From the NCBI GenBank assembly GCA_964016885.1, contig OZ024746.1:54002001-54066000 (forward strand): 64,000 nucleotides of DNA, read 5' to 3'. Source of the stretch: Eledone cirrhosa (lineage: Eukaryota). The notes under the pieces were generated by a model, which saw only the letters and a program-made list of their open reading frames with translations, searched no databases and was not told where the DNA came from. This document shows positions 1-11,144 of this stretch, piece after piece. Every line of letters starts with the position of its first letter. Positions within the stretch are counted from its first letter, which is position 1. Position numbers and translations under genes: made by a program.

Positions 1-1093
1 TCAACCTTCACCTTCCTATTTGAAAAATCAAACAAAACAACATGTCAGTCATTTACGAGAGTGAGAGAGAGTTTAATATCTTCTCCGATTTCAGCTTAAA
101 ATTTGAAATACTTATTTTATCTCAGAGGAAAACGTTTCCAGGCCATTCCTTTCAAATGTCCATTTTATTCAGATGCTTATAATTTTGTATTGGCTGTTTA
201 GTCAGTGCATCCTAGAATACTTTCTTTTTTCAGTGTTAAGGATTGAGAAAGATTTCTTCCAGTGAGAGGCTTGGCAGAGATACCCCAATTTCACGAATCA
301 AAGTTTTGATATTTTAAATTCCTGCGATGGTGGAACAGTGAAAGTGTGGAAATTATATAGCAACACAATCTCCGGGGATCAACCATTAGATGATCATATT
401 AAAAAAATATATATATTTTGATTGCTTTTTCTTTCCAGTCAAACATAATTATATTGAATTTGTTCAATGATCTGAGTTGAAATCCCATCTAAGATAAATT
501 TGACTTTTCTGCTATTGAAGTCGACAAATAAAATACTAGTCCAAGATGGTCGATTTGCGGAATTGTTACAATGTCGGACTAGAGAGTTTTGTGATATTTC
601 TTTTGGTGAGAGGGCACAATCCACACCTTTGGCTAGGCGGCATATATATTAATTGGGGCTTGCGTTCAACAGCCAGAAGTACCTTTGCATTGGCCATTCC
701 AATTAGGACTACTCCTTCTTTTTTCAGTCGGGATGCTCTCATCTCAACTTAGTGGAAGAACACGGCAGTCCGAGGAGCGAAGGTTTCTAATTGACCACAG
801 AATAGTTATTAATACCAAATGTTAGAGGAATTGTTGGGTTTTTATATCAAATAAAAAAGATCATTTCTATTTTTTTTATAACTAATTCCAAAATCAATAC
901 TACACATAATCGCAGCACTGATCACTTCAAACTAATGCCTAGCGTGACTGATGCATCATGGGGCTAGTTAATATGTTGTTATGGAAACGGTACATTATCT
1001 TCATCCTATGATGTTAGTTGCCTTCTATTGGGAATTAGGTTGTGGTTAAGTATATAATCGTGGCAAGGAACCGCCGATGATTATTATTATTAT

Positions 1094-1140
1094 CGTCTGT
1101 AATGTTTTTCTTGATGTCAGCCCTTGTGGCCAATAAAGAA
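1094..1140 (+). mobile_element. 3' tip of an L1/Tx1-type element (extremely 5'-truncated)
   Basis: cccttgtggccaataaagaa matches the 3' ends of the two full elements (cccttgtggttaataaagaaa at ~10852 and ~16804); flanked by ATT/AAT repeats. Confidence 0.6.
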
Positions 1141-1170
1141 ATAATAATAATAATTATTATTATTATGATT

Positions 1171-2115
1171 ACAGCTGCATTTATCTTGCTTTATGTTCAT
1201 ACGAGTTATCACCAAGTCACAACCAGTGACCTCAAGAGACAACAAGGTCCGCCATGTTCAAGAAAGAACATACATACTCACACATGTATCTTTAGTGTTT
1301 AGACTTGTGATGTACTTATATTGACAGAATCTTCCTTAGTATATGGGCAGTTCCCATTAGTACTATCTTTTGTATTTCTCCTATACGCGGGTTTCCTGAG
1401 ATTTGCGATAAGTAATCATTAGACCCCTTAGGTTGTCAGTGATTCCGCCCCAACCCTGGGATTCGAAGTGTTACAATTTACCTCGTTTTCACTGACACAT
1501 GTTTCATTTTCCCTTCGCTGACTTTGTGCTAATAGCTTGATCTTATCAATTTCTATATCAGTTAGTAACAATTCTTTTACAATATTTCTTCGTATATTGG
1601 CTAGTTTGTTACTGTCAATATAGCCTCTGTTTTCGGGATGTTTCTTTTTCCAGTTGATATATGTCTGTTCTGTATTCAATGTATTTGATGGGTAGTACAT
1701 GGCAGTGTAGAAAGCCTCAAGGACTTCTTTATTATCTTCCCTTGACCATTTTTCTCTCTTTTTCTTTGGATTTCTTGGTGGTGAGCATGGAGGGCCAACA
1801 GTAGGAGTATTCCGGTTATGGGAGGTCTCCAGCTCCGAAGTGATGGGAAAGTTTGAACCATTAGCTGATTTTTCGACCCCAGTCTGGTTCCTCTCTGAGG
1901 GACGCGGCCCTTTTTTACTCGGGTGACGGCCGATCCGGTATGAGATTTTATCATTAGACATTTACTTTATTTTGTCGCGTTTTATCCTTATCCGCCAAGG
2001 GGTAATCATTTCGTGTTACCACTTCTAGGACGAGTGTCAACCAAGACTAGAGGGGTCGTCCTCCCCTAGAGACACGGCTATTCCCCGCCGGCCGCCATCC
2101 CGGTATTTCTTGGTC
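1171..2115 (-). mobile_element. Internally deleted R4/Dong-type non-LTR element (5'UTR + ORF N-terminus joined to 3' end)
   Basis: 1171-1433 is near-identical to the 3' end of the element at 3295-3555; 1434-1961 encodes an R4/Dong-like N-terminus; 3' end abuts (TAA)n; 5' boundary approximate. Confidence 0.75.
1428..1961 (-). pseudogene. N-terminal (Myb-like) part of R4/Dong ORF, truncated by the internal deletion
   Basis: KREKWSREDNKEVLEAFY...KLANIRRNIVKELLLTDIEIDKIK resembles the R4-clade N-terminal domain. Confidence 0.65.
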
Positions 2116-3077
2116 ACGGGTTTTCTTTTTTGTTGTTTTTTAAAATTGTTATTATCATGAGTGGGTCCTTAATGTGAGCATTGCGTGGCTTAAGAATAAA
2201 ATTATTAATAATATAATATACTTTTTGCTGAAGTTGCCTGTTATTGTTGTTGGCTATGTCGGTGGTGGTGCTGGGGCATTTTCTATTGTTGATGGGGAAG
2301 GGGGGAGCCAGCAGTTCCATAGTCGTTGACGTTGGGCCGGTGGCCGGGTCACTAAGTCAATCTATTTATATCTTTTGCTAGCCTCTCCCTTGTCTAGTGA
2401 CACCGCCACCTTCCCCTTTCTTAAGTTAACAGAACGTAATGGGGGAATAGTGGTGGTAGCAATAAAGGAGTGGTGGCGGCGGTGATGGGATAGTGGTAGC
2501 AATGATGGATGGAGTGGTGGCGGCGGTGACTATAGTGATGACGTTGTCGTTACTGAGTTTTGTTGAATAGAATGTAGTTTTGTTTGATCTGTGTATCTAT
2601 GCGTTTGTTTAATATATGTGTTGACATATTACTTTAATATTGGAATTAAACATTTTGTGAAAACTTGAGACAATAATAATAGTAATTATTATTATTATGC
2701 TGGGATTGGTGGTGGTGGTGGTGAAATTGCCGTTATCTGGCTGTTGTATTTAGTGTACACAGAGGGGTGATGGGATAGGTGGTGTATCTAGTTTGTGGTG
2801 TTGGTGAAATTTCTGTTATTTGGCTGTTCTATATAGTGTAGACAGAGGGGGTTTTCTTCCATTTATAACCATTTTCTTTTTTAAATATAAAATGTATAAT
2901 ACAAAATAAAATATTTGAGCGATATAACAGGATATTATGGATCCGAATTTTCTGAGACTTGAGTCTGGTGCTTTATGTATCATTTGTACTAAGAATTGTT
3001 ATTTCACAATTGATTTAAATATGTTAAAAATCAAAAACTTACGGGAGCGATTTCATGACCTTCTATCCACCACGTGC

Positions 3078-3226
3078 GTCTTCTTCTTCTTCTTCTTCTT
3101 CTTCTTCTTCTTCTTCTTCTTCTTCTTCTTCTTCTTCTTCTTCTTCTTCTTCTTCTTCTTCTTCTTCTTCTTCTTCTTCTTCTTCTTCTTCTTCTTCTTC
3201 TTCTTCTTCTTCTTCTTCTTCTTCTT

Positions 3227-3294
<68 letters not shown>
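3078..3294. repeat. (TTC)n followed by (TTA)n microsatellite
   Basis: direct reading; source of the poly-F/K/S/L spurious ORFs. Confidence 0.95.
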
Positions 3295-3295
<1 letters not shown>

Positions 3296-4745
3296 GTTGC
3301 ATTTATCTTGCTTTATGTTCATACCAGTTATCACCAAGTCACAACCAGTGACCTCAAGAGACAACAAGGTCCGCCATGTTCAAGAAAGAACATACATATT
3401 CACACATGCATCTTTAGTGTTTAGACTTGTGATGTACTTATATTGACAGAATCTTCCTTAGTATATGGGCAGTTCCCATTAGTACTATCTTTTGTATTTC
3501 TCCTATACGCGGGTTTCCTGGGATTTGCGATATGTAATCATTAGACCCCTTAGGTATCATTCCCAGAGCGCCTACAACCACTGGTATTGTTTTAGTTCTC
3601 AATTTCCACATTTTTCCAATTTCTATCTCCAGGTCCTTATACTTGCTCAATTTTTCAAATGTTTTTATAGATACATTCTTGTCTATTGGAACAGACATAT
3701 CAATTAGCAGGCATACCCTCTTTTGAAAGTCCTTCAATATTATATCAGGTCTATTTGCATCTATTTTTCGGTCTGTTTGGATGCTAAAGTTCCACAAGAT
3801 TGAGATGTGATCTTTTTCAAGTATGGGAGGTGGTTGATGCTCCCACCAATTCTTTTGATGGGGCAGGTCAAAATGCTTACACATTATCCAATGTATGTAT
3901 TGTGCAGCTCTGTCATGCCTGTTTAGGTAGTCGGTTGGAGCTATAGGACTGCACATTGAAATTATATGGTCAATGGTCTCTGGTTGTTTTTTGCATACAC
4001 GTCATAATGGGCTGCACCCATTTTTTATTATGTTGGCTTGGTAATTTTTTGTCGGCAGACACTGATATTGTGCCGATATAATCAGTCCTTCAGTCTCCGA
4101 TTTCAGTCCAGAGGATGCCAACCACTGATGGGTTAAAGTTTTGTCAACATCAGGATTGTTAGCTCGCTCTGGGTATTTTCCATACAGAGGCTTTTCTTGT
4201 CATTTCTTAGCCAGTTTCTGTAGCAGTTCTTTCTTTGCAGTTACTTTTACCTGCTTTGCTTTTTCTGTGTTTTCCATTTCAGCAGTAAATGGGACTTCTG
4301 AAATTTGTAGTCCATTACTGTATCTTTGTGCATCTTTTGTAATGGAATATGATCTTTTGATGCTTTCGTGTTTCAAAACGAGTTTGATCATCCAATCATG
4401 TGATTCCCTTAGATATGTAGATAATCCAATTGTTGCAGTTTTCAACGCAATGTCTAACTGGATTAACCCACGTCCTCCTTCTTTCCTAGGGAGATATATT
4501 CTATCTATATCTGCCTTAGGGTGATGCATTCTGTGCATGGTTAAGAATTTTCGAATTTTTGTATCGAGCCTACGGATCTCTGTGCTTGACCAGTTGATGA
4601 CATTGTAACTGTAGGTTACTATTGGTATGGCAAGCGTGTTTATGGCATCGATCCTATTCCTTGCATTCAATTCCGTTCTTAAGATTGCTCTTACTCTGCG
4701 GTAACATTCCTTCCTTATCCTTTCCCTCATTGTCGAGTGCTTGGT
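3295..4745 (-). mobile_element. 5'-truncated R4/Dong-type RLE retrotransposon (family A), ORF disrupted
   Basis: ORFs 4200-4730 (RT C-terminal region, IYLPRKEGGRGL) and 3438-3956 (RHD, NRPDII..D, K..KY.DL restriction-like endonuclease); stops between them; flanked by (TAA)n. Confidence 0.9.
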
Positions 4746-4823
4746 TCCGTCTCTTTCGAGTGCTTGATTCCGTCTCTGTCGAATGCTTGATTCCGTCTCT
4801 GTCGAGTGCTTGATTCCGTCTCT
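4732..4823. repeat. 4 x 23-bp tandem repeat at the 5' truncation of the Dong element
   Basis: gtcgagtgcttgattccgtctct x4; the first unit overlaps element coding sequence. Confidence 0.85.
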
Positions 4824-5060
4824 TATTATTATTATTATTATTATTGAATGCCATGGTTGACGGAGGCTCGGCTCTGTAAGGTATAGTAATTTTTAACCGT
4901 TAAAACAATTGTAAATTGTTTAAAACTTGAACCAAATTGTTGATAAAGACACCCTCCTCCTCGTGAGAGGGGTCTTTCTGTCCGTTATTTGGCCCTTCGG
5001 GGTTAAATAACCAGTTATTGGGGTTTTGTACCCAAAATTTCATTTTAAACAAAAAACAAC

Positions 5061-7157
5061 ATGGCTACAAAAAAGAAATTTCATACGTCACTCCCACTCA
5101 TTCCGTCTTCTTCTTCCTCAATCATCACTACAGCAGAGAGAAGATTGTCTCTCTCCCTCCCTTCTTTAAATGTGTCTCTCTCCCTCCCTTCTCTTTCGCA
5201 AGTGACGAAAGAAAAGAAAAGTCTCGTGCAAAGCGTGCAAGGTTTCTCCACGACGACGACGACAGCGACGAAACAGGTGTGCGGGAAATACGAAAACCCA
5301 GTTCATTCGTCTGACGTCAGGAATAATAGCAGTAGCAGCCGTAATAACAACAGCAACAGTGACAATGAAAACAACAGTAGCAGCCGCAACAGCATCACCA
5401 GCAGCATAAACAACAACAGCATTAGCAGCAGCAACACCAACAACAACCACAGCAACAGCGGCGGAGGCAGTAGTCGTAGTACCTGCAGCAACAACAAAAG
5501 TACCAGCAGCTCTGACGACAACAACAACAGCAGAGAAAAACCAATCTCATTTGCAGGTATTGCGAAAAACTTGGAAACAATCCTCATAACAAATGAGGAA
5601 TTAGAGGAAGCGAAGAAGATGGTGACAAAGAACGGACACCGAGCAATCTGCAAGGCAGCGGAAAAATTTTTCAAAACCCAAGAGCACTGTACGGTCACGT
5701 ACCGTACAGTAAGTACAAAATCCCGTAGGGTGGAAAGAGCCACAGAGGCCCAAATACAAAAAGCCTTGGGGTCTGTGTGGCAGCGGAAAACGCACATCAC
5801 CCGAGGCAAAAAATATGCCACCGTAGACGTACTTTTTGCCACACCCCAGGAGGCAAAGGCCCAATCAGTAGTGACCCTAAGGAGCGAGGAAATGGTGTTG
5901 GTGCCCTCCTACTGCGGGCAAAAAATTGTGAGGGTCAAACTGACCCACGTCCCCCCCGGAATGACCCCTTCTTGGCTGGCCGCGTCTGTCCTAATCGGAA
6001 TCGAGGACAAAACAACTGTACTGCAAGTACAGAAAAAAGTAAGAGAAGATTGGGTCGGCTCCTCCATTGAGATGCTAATCCAAACCAACCAGGAGTGCAT
6101 CGAAGCTATCCCGGATGTGATAGACTTCGATAACGGCACTCAACTGCCCATAAGTGTTGAGGGCAAACGCCCGAAATGCTTTCGCTGTGGATCGAAGACT
6201 CACCTCAGGGCCTTCTGCAACGAGAAGACCCTGAGAAAGGAGAAAACCCCCCTCCTTCCGAATCCGGCTCCACGGCTACCAGCAACAGGACAAGCGGCAA
6301 CCAGGAACGATAGGTCCGTGGCACCCATACCCACGCCACGGAAATCAAAAACAGCAGCAGCAGTGGAAATATTAACAACAACAACAGCAATACCAAATGC
6401 AGCTGCAACAGAGACTCCAGTGCAAACATCACCAACAACAACAAGTGAAAGAGTGGAGCTGGTACCCCTCCCCGACCTCACAGAATCAGACATGGAGTGT
6501 GAGGTGGGAGAGAGATGGCAAAAGGTCGTAAGAAGGCACAAACGCAGAAGCAGCGCATCGTCGCCTTTGAAAAGGGAGGAAAGAAATGAGAAAAGGGTAA
6601 AGTCTACTGCAAAGAGACCCACAGCAGCAACAACACCAACACCATCACCACCCACACTAGCGCCACCATCACCACCGGCGACAACCCCACCGCCAACAAC
6701 ACCTTCAACACCACCACCACAAGCACCAACATCGCAAACACAACAACAAAACACACACACCCAGCAACAACGACAAGAAAATAGCAGAACCACACCCCAC
6801 CCCCAGAAAAACAAATGCACGGCAATAAATACACACAACAAGAAACTAATGACTTACATAATTGAACACACAGACATTTCACAACAGGACTACATAATAC
6901 CAGCACCAATCAAAACGCCAACTAACATAAGACTGCTAAAAATAGCACAGAAACAATACACAAACATTAAAACGAAATTCCCCAACGCAGTTGGTGATTT
7001 CAGGGACCTAGGAGGAACCATTAATCGAAGAGTATATTCAGACATTCTCTTAGAAGAGCCGACGACCAGCCGAAGGGACGATTCAACGGTCCCTTCACCA
7101 GACGATCAAGTGAAAAGGGATGTAAAAACCATCCCTCCTCTACCAAAAGTACGGTAA
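5061..7157 (+). CDS. Tx1-type ORF1 (gag-like, CCHC zinc knuckle, low-complexity S/N and P/T tracts)
   Basis: 698 aa; CFRCGSKTHLRAFC knuckle; directly upstream of ORF2. Confidence 0.88.
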   Translation: MATKKKFHTSLPLIPSSSSSIITTAERRLSLSLPSLNVSLSLPSLSQVTKEKKSLVQSVQGFSTTTTTATKQVCGKYENPVHSSDVRNNSSSSRNNNSNSDNENNSSSRNSITSSINNNSISSSNTNNNHSNSGGGSSRSTCSNNKSTSSSDDNNNSREKPISFAGIAKNLETILITNEELEEAKKMVTKNGHRAICKAAEKFFKTQEHCTVTYRTVSTKSRRVERATEAQIQKALGSVWQRKTHITRGKKYATVDVLFATPQEAKAQSVVTLRSEEMVLVPSYCGQKIVRVKLTHVPPGMTPSWLAASVLIGIEDKTTVLQVQKKVREDWVGSSIEMLIQTNQECIEAIPDVIDFDNGTQLPISVEGKRPKCFRCGSKTHLRAFCNEKTLRKEKTPLLPNPAPRLPATGQAATRNDRSVAPIPTPRKSKTAAAVEILTTTTAIPNAAATETPVQTSPTTTSERVELVPLPDLTESDMECEVGERWQKVVRRHKRRSSASSPLKREERNEKRVKSTAKRPTAATTPTPSPPTLAPPSPPATTPPPTTPSTPPPQAPTSQTQQQNTHTQQQRQENSRTTPHPQKNKCTAINTHNKKLMTYIIEHTDISQQDYIIPAPIKTPTNIRLLKIAQKQYTNIKTKFPNAVGDFRDLGGTINRRVYSDILLEEPTTSRRDDSTVPSPDDQVKRDVKTIPPLPKVR

Positions 7158-7192
7158 GTGGTCTTTCCCATCTTTTCCACTCTATTTTAAAC

Positions 7193-10100
7193 ATGACCTC
7201 ACTCAGAATAGGCAGCATAAATGCGCGTGGCTTGGGGTCGTCATGGAAGCAGGGTCACCTGCTCAACGACCTCAGGTCACTAAACATAGATGTAGTGGCC
7301 ATCAGCGAGACCAGAATCTCCGAAGCACGGGCCTTCGCACCGATCTTCGGCGGCTACGATGTGTACGCATCTCCCAGCCGTCCTGGATCGGGTGGAGGAG
7401 TTGCTGTGCTTTTTCGGAGAGGTTTGGATCTCGCCATACGGGCCATCTTCCTGGACCCAGAGGGTAAGCTGGTGGTGCTGGACGTGACCAGCGGAGACGG
7501 GCAAGCTTTCAGGCTAGTGGCCGTCTATGCCCCGACAGGAGCAGGGCGGCCTGATTTCTTCCGGCGTCTGGAGACCTTTCTTGGAACGTCGCGCTCTTTA
7601 GTGTTAGTGGGCGACTGGAACGGGATCTTAGATGCACGCTGGGACTGTGTGGGATTAGCGGATAGGGGTGGAGGGTGCAAGAGCCTCACCAACCTGCTCA
7701 GGCGTTTTGAACTGTCTGACAGGTACCGATTGGATTTCCCGAATGTGCCAATGTGGACTTGGACAAACCGCATAGGGTCATCCAGATCATATCTAGATAG
7801 AGTATTTTGTAGGGAAATAGATAGGTCTAGCATAGGCTGTCCACAATTCAAGATAGTCAGCTACACGGACCACAAATTCGTGACCTGTGTGCTTGACTTA
7901 GATAGGCTTCATAGACAAGGACCCGGCTACTGGAAGCTAAACGCGTCCTTACCAGCGCGCAAGGCCTACAGAGACCGGATTAGCGAACTAGTTAAGCGGG
8001 CGTTGACGGGGGCCATCGTCAACAACAAGTGGTGGTTTGCTCTGAAAAGAGCGATTAGAATAGAATCGATTAGGTTTAGTAAGGCTTTAGCAATAGAGAA
8101 AAATAGAGCAGAGGGAGAACTAGTTAGAAAATTAGACGAGGCGCTTAGCAAAGGCATTGCGACCGACGTGCTTGCGGCGAAATTGGCCCTTGACCAATTC
8201 TTCAATGCAAAGCACGAAGGCTGCGTTGTCAGAGCTAGGGTGCGTGCTCTCAGACACGAGGGGACGAAAGCCGTTCAATGGGCCCGAGTGGCGGAGGCGC
8301 GTCGTGGCAACAAAGCCACGATCCGGTCTTTGGTGGACCACGACGGGCGCATGCTACTCGATCCCGGGCAAATGTGTGAAGCTTTTCAGCGACACTTCGC
8401 TCAGCTGTTCGGGGGCAGCGGGGGGCCGGGTAGAGGGATGGACTTTAGTGTCTACCTCGACGGACTGCCGCGGCTCTCGGCCACTGAGGCGAAGTGTTGC
8501 GAAAAGCCGATAACAGCCGCTGAAGTAAGGGAGGCAATGACTGGCTGCACAAGGGGTAAATCGCCTGGTTTGGATGGTCTTCCCTATGAACTTTACGTAC
8601 AGATGCCAGACTTGTTCGGAGGCCTCTTAGCGGACGTCTACTGCAACTGGCAACAGAACGGGAGAATTCCCAGTTCTGTGAGCCGAGGAGCGGTGGCACT
8701 GCTGAGAAAGGATCCGAACAAGGGGGATAACATAGACAATTTCCGGCCCATAACTCTGCTAAACACAGAGTTTAAGATTTTGGCCAAGGTGCTAGCAAAG
8801 AGGTTGGCGCTTGTCGTTGGTGGTCTGGTGGGAGAGGCGCAGACATGCGCCATTCCCGACAGATCCATCCACGACAACCTCCACCTCATGCGATACATCG
8901 TAGAGAGGGTAGCTAGGGAACCTGGCACGGGTGGGTCCTTGATCAATTTAGATCAGTCGAAAGCTTTCGATAGGGTCGACCATCGTTACCTAGCGGCAGT
9001 CCTGAGGGCGGCTGGCTTTGGGCCCGTCTTCAGAGGCTGGATCGCTGCCATGCACAGCGACATCTGCTCTGTAGTGAGAGTGAACGGTCACCTGTCGGAA
9101 CCGTTCAACATCATGCGCTCGGTCCGCCAAGGATGTCCCCTCTCGTCCCTCTTGTACGTATTGACTCTCGAGCCATTACTGCACAAACTGGAGACGTTGA
9201 GGGGAGTCCCGCGCGAACTAGGATGCGGAAGATCCGTGTCAGCATATGCGGACGATGTCACCGTAGTGGTGTCGAACGCCAAACACATCGAGGCGATCGG
9301 CACTACACTAAGAGAATACGAAGCGGTGACAGGAGCAATGATCAACCAGGAAAAGTCAGTGGGCCTGCAGCTCGGCACCTGGAGAGGCAGGTCCATGCCG
9401 TCCAACAGCGTCGTCGGGCGCTGGACGGACGGACCGGTTAAATTGCTAGGGGTCTGGTTCGGTCCGGACCTCCAGACGGACAAAAACTGGGACGAGGTGA
9501 CGAGCAGGGTGGCTTCTCTCACCCAGAAATGGGCGGAGAGGAAGCTATCCCTGAAAGGTCGAGCGGAGGTGGCTAACGCGTACATCGCGTCTGTCATCTG
9601 CTACCGCCTAACCGTCGTACCTTGTCCTAAGCCTCGCCTGACTGCGCTGGAGCGTTTGCTCTTTCGCTTTTTGTGGAAGGGACGTGCTCCGATGGTCAGG
9701 CGGTCCATCTGTTGTCAACACCCGCTACGTGGAGGGCTGGGCATGCCGTGGCTGATGATGCGCAGGCACGCGCTCAGGCTACGACATCTCCACCTCTTCC
9801 TCGACGGTGATCAGGTGTGGTCGCCGTTTGCTAGACGCGTTTTTCCCCAGCTCGTTTCCTTGACGGAGCTGCAGTCCTGGGTCAAGCGAAGACCGAGAGG
9901 GAGCGCCTGGAGACTGGAATGTCTTCAGGCGCTCACAGCCCTCGACCAATCGGGCAATGTGATCGGTGGAAACTCCACCTCGGCGTTCTATAGAGGATTA
10001 GTGGAGGGGAAGAGCGACGACGTACTTGGGGAAACTCTAGGCGTCGACGAAAATCAACTAGCCAATCTCTTCGGAAGAACTTTCGGGCCGGGGCCTATGG

Positions 10101-10612
10101 ACAACTTCCAGAAATCTCTGGCCTGGCAGTGCTACCGAGGAGCCTTGCCAGTTCGGGATAAACTCTACAGGCATGGAGGTGCCGTCAGCCGGGCATGTCC
10201 GAGATGCGCGCAGGGCGACGAAACCGTCCTGCACGCACTCGTCCAGTGTCCGAAAATTGCTGACTTGTGGGTTTATGTCGAACACCTGCTGTCGCGTTTA
10301 GGACGGATCCAGCTATCATCTGAGTCTATCGTGAGGATTGCCCCGCCCTCCTCCTTTAGCCGGGAAGGGCAGGCAGTTTTTATCTGTCTGGTGGCCATGG
10401 CGAAAGAGATAGTATGGTGGACACGTTTGAAAGGGCTGAAGACGAGCACTTACCTCTTCGGTGATGCTCTGATTGACTTTTTCAAATTTCATTTGAAAAG
10501 GAAAATCAGAGTAGAGAAGGAAGTGCTCTCTTTCCAGCATTTTGTTGAAAGATGGGTGAGAGAAGCAAGAATGGCCCGAGTGAATGGGCCGACTCTGAGT
10601 ATATATCTGTAA
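7193..10612 (+). CDS. Tx1-type ORF2: APE endonuclease + reverse transcriptase + C-terminal zinc finger
   Basis: 1139 aa open; SINARGL, ISETR, VYAP, GDWN, LDR, TDH; KSPGLDG, FRPITLLN, DQSKAFDRV, RQGCPLS, YADD; CPRC..ETVLHALVQC. Confidence 0.96.
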   Translation: MTSLRIGSINARGLGSSWKQGHLLNDLRSLNIDVVAISETRISEARAFAPIFGGYDVYASPSRPGSGGGVAVLFRRGLDLAIRAIFLDPEGKLVVLDVTSGDGQAFRLVAVYAPTGAGRPDFFRRLETFLGTSRSLVLVGDWNGILDARWDCVGLADRGGGCKSLTNLLRRFELSDRYRLDFPNVPMWTWTNRIGSSRSYLDRVFCREIDRSSIGCPQFKIVSYTDHKFVTCVLDLDRLHRQGPGYWKLNASLPARKAYRDRISELVKRALTGAIVNNKWWFALKRAIRIESIRFSKALAIEKNRAEGELVRKLDEALSKGIATDVLAAKLALDQFFNAKHEGCVVRARVRALRHEGTKAVQWARVAEARRGNKATIRSLVDHDGRMLLDPGQMCEAFQRHFAQLFGGSGGPGRGMDFSVYLDGLPRLSATEAKCCEKPITAAEVREAMTGCTRGKSPGLDGLPYELYVQMPDLFGGLLADVYCNWQQNGRIPSSVSRGAVALLRKDPNKGDNIDNFRPITLLNTEFKILAKVLAKRLALVVGGLVGEAQTCAIPDRSIHDNLHLMRYIVERVAREPGTGGSLINLDQSKAFDRVDHRYLAAVLRAAGFGPVFRGWIAAMHSDICSVVRVNGHLSEPFNIMRSVRQGCPLSSLLYVLTLEPLLHKLETLRGVPRELGCGRSVSAYADDVTVVVSNAKHIEAIGTTLREYEAVTGAMINQEKSVGLQLGTWRGRSMPSNSVVGRWTDGPVKLLGVWFGPDLQTDKNWDEVTSRVASLTQKWAERKLSLKGRAEVANAYIASVICYRLTVVPCPKPRLTALERLLFRFLWKGRAPMVRRSICCQHPLRGGLGMPWLMMRRHALRLRHLHLFLDGDQVWSPFARRVFPQLVSLTELQSWVKRRPRGSAWRLECLQALTALDQSGNVIGGNSTSAFYRGLVEGKSDDVLGETLGVDENQLANLFGRTFGPGPMDNFQKSLAWQCYRGALPVRDKLYRHGGAVSRACPRCAQGDETVLHALVQCPKIADLWVYVEHLLSRLGRIQLSSESIVRIAPPSSFSREGQAVFICLVAMAKEIVWWTRLKGLKTSTYLFGDALIDFFKFHLKRKIRVEKEVLSFQHFVERWVREARMARVNGPTLSIYL

Positions 10613-10872
10613 ACTAAAGGTGGAAAACTGGGAGAGGGCACTTGCCTTGGTGGTCAGGGTCATTGTGGCTTTTTACTGGGCTTTCTCCACAAATGTCCCT
10701 CCGAAGTCTCCCCCCTATTGGGGAATTTTTCATTGTTATTTTCATTGTTATTTTTGTTACATCCTCTGTTTTTGTTTTTTTACACGCAGAAATGCCCATT
10801 TGTACCGTCCTGCATTGTCCTGCACTGTCCTTAATGTCTACTTTATGTAAACCCTTGTGGTTAATAAAGAAA

Positions 10873-10874
<2 letters not shown>

Positions 10875-10925
<51 letters not shown>

Positions 10926-10934
10926 GTTATTATT
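10875..10934. repeat. (ATT)n between the two Tx1 copies
   Basis: direct reading. Confidence 0.95.
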
Positions 10935-11144
10935 GGCGACCTACGTAGTAAATCGTATCATCGTGAGCTCCGCAAAAGTTTGTTATTTCCGTTTGTTAAA
11001 AATTGCCATTCATGGAAATTTTTTTATTGTTAACCATATATAAGCGCACATACATTGTTTTCCGAAAAGGACACCCAAAAAGATTGGGGCCTTGTGCCCA
11101 AAATTTAAACTTGTATTATTATCAAAAATTTCTTTGAAAAAAAA

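Larger units (their letters stand above)
4846..10874 (+). mobile_element. Full-length L1/Tx1-clade non-LTR retrotransposon, copy 1, potentially intact
   Basis: 5'UTR, ORF1, ORF2, 3'UTR ending AATAAAGAAA; (ATT)n on both sides. Confidence 0.92.

Noticed and set aside
2937-3424. Poly-F/K/S/L ORFs
   Set aside because: Translations of the (TTC)n/(TTA)n microsatellite.
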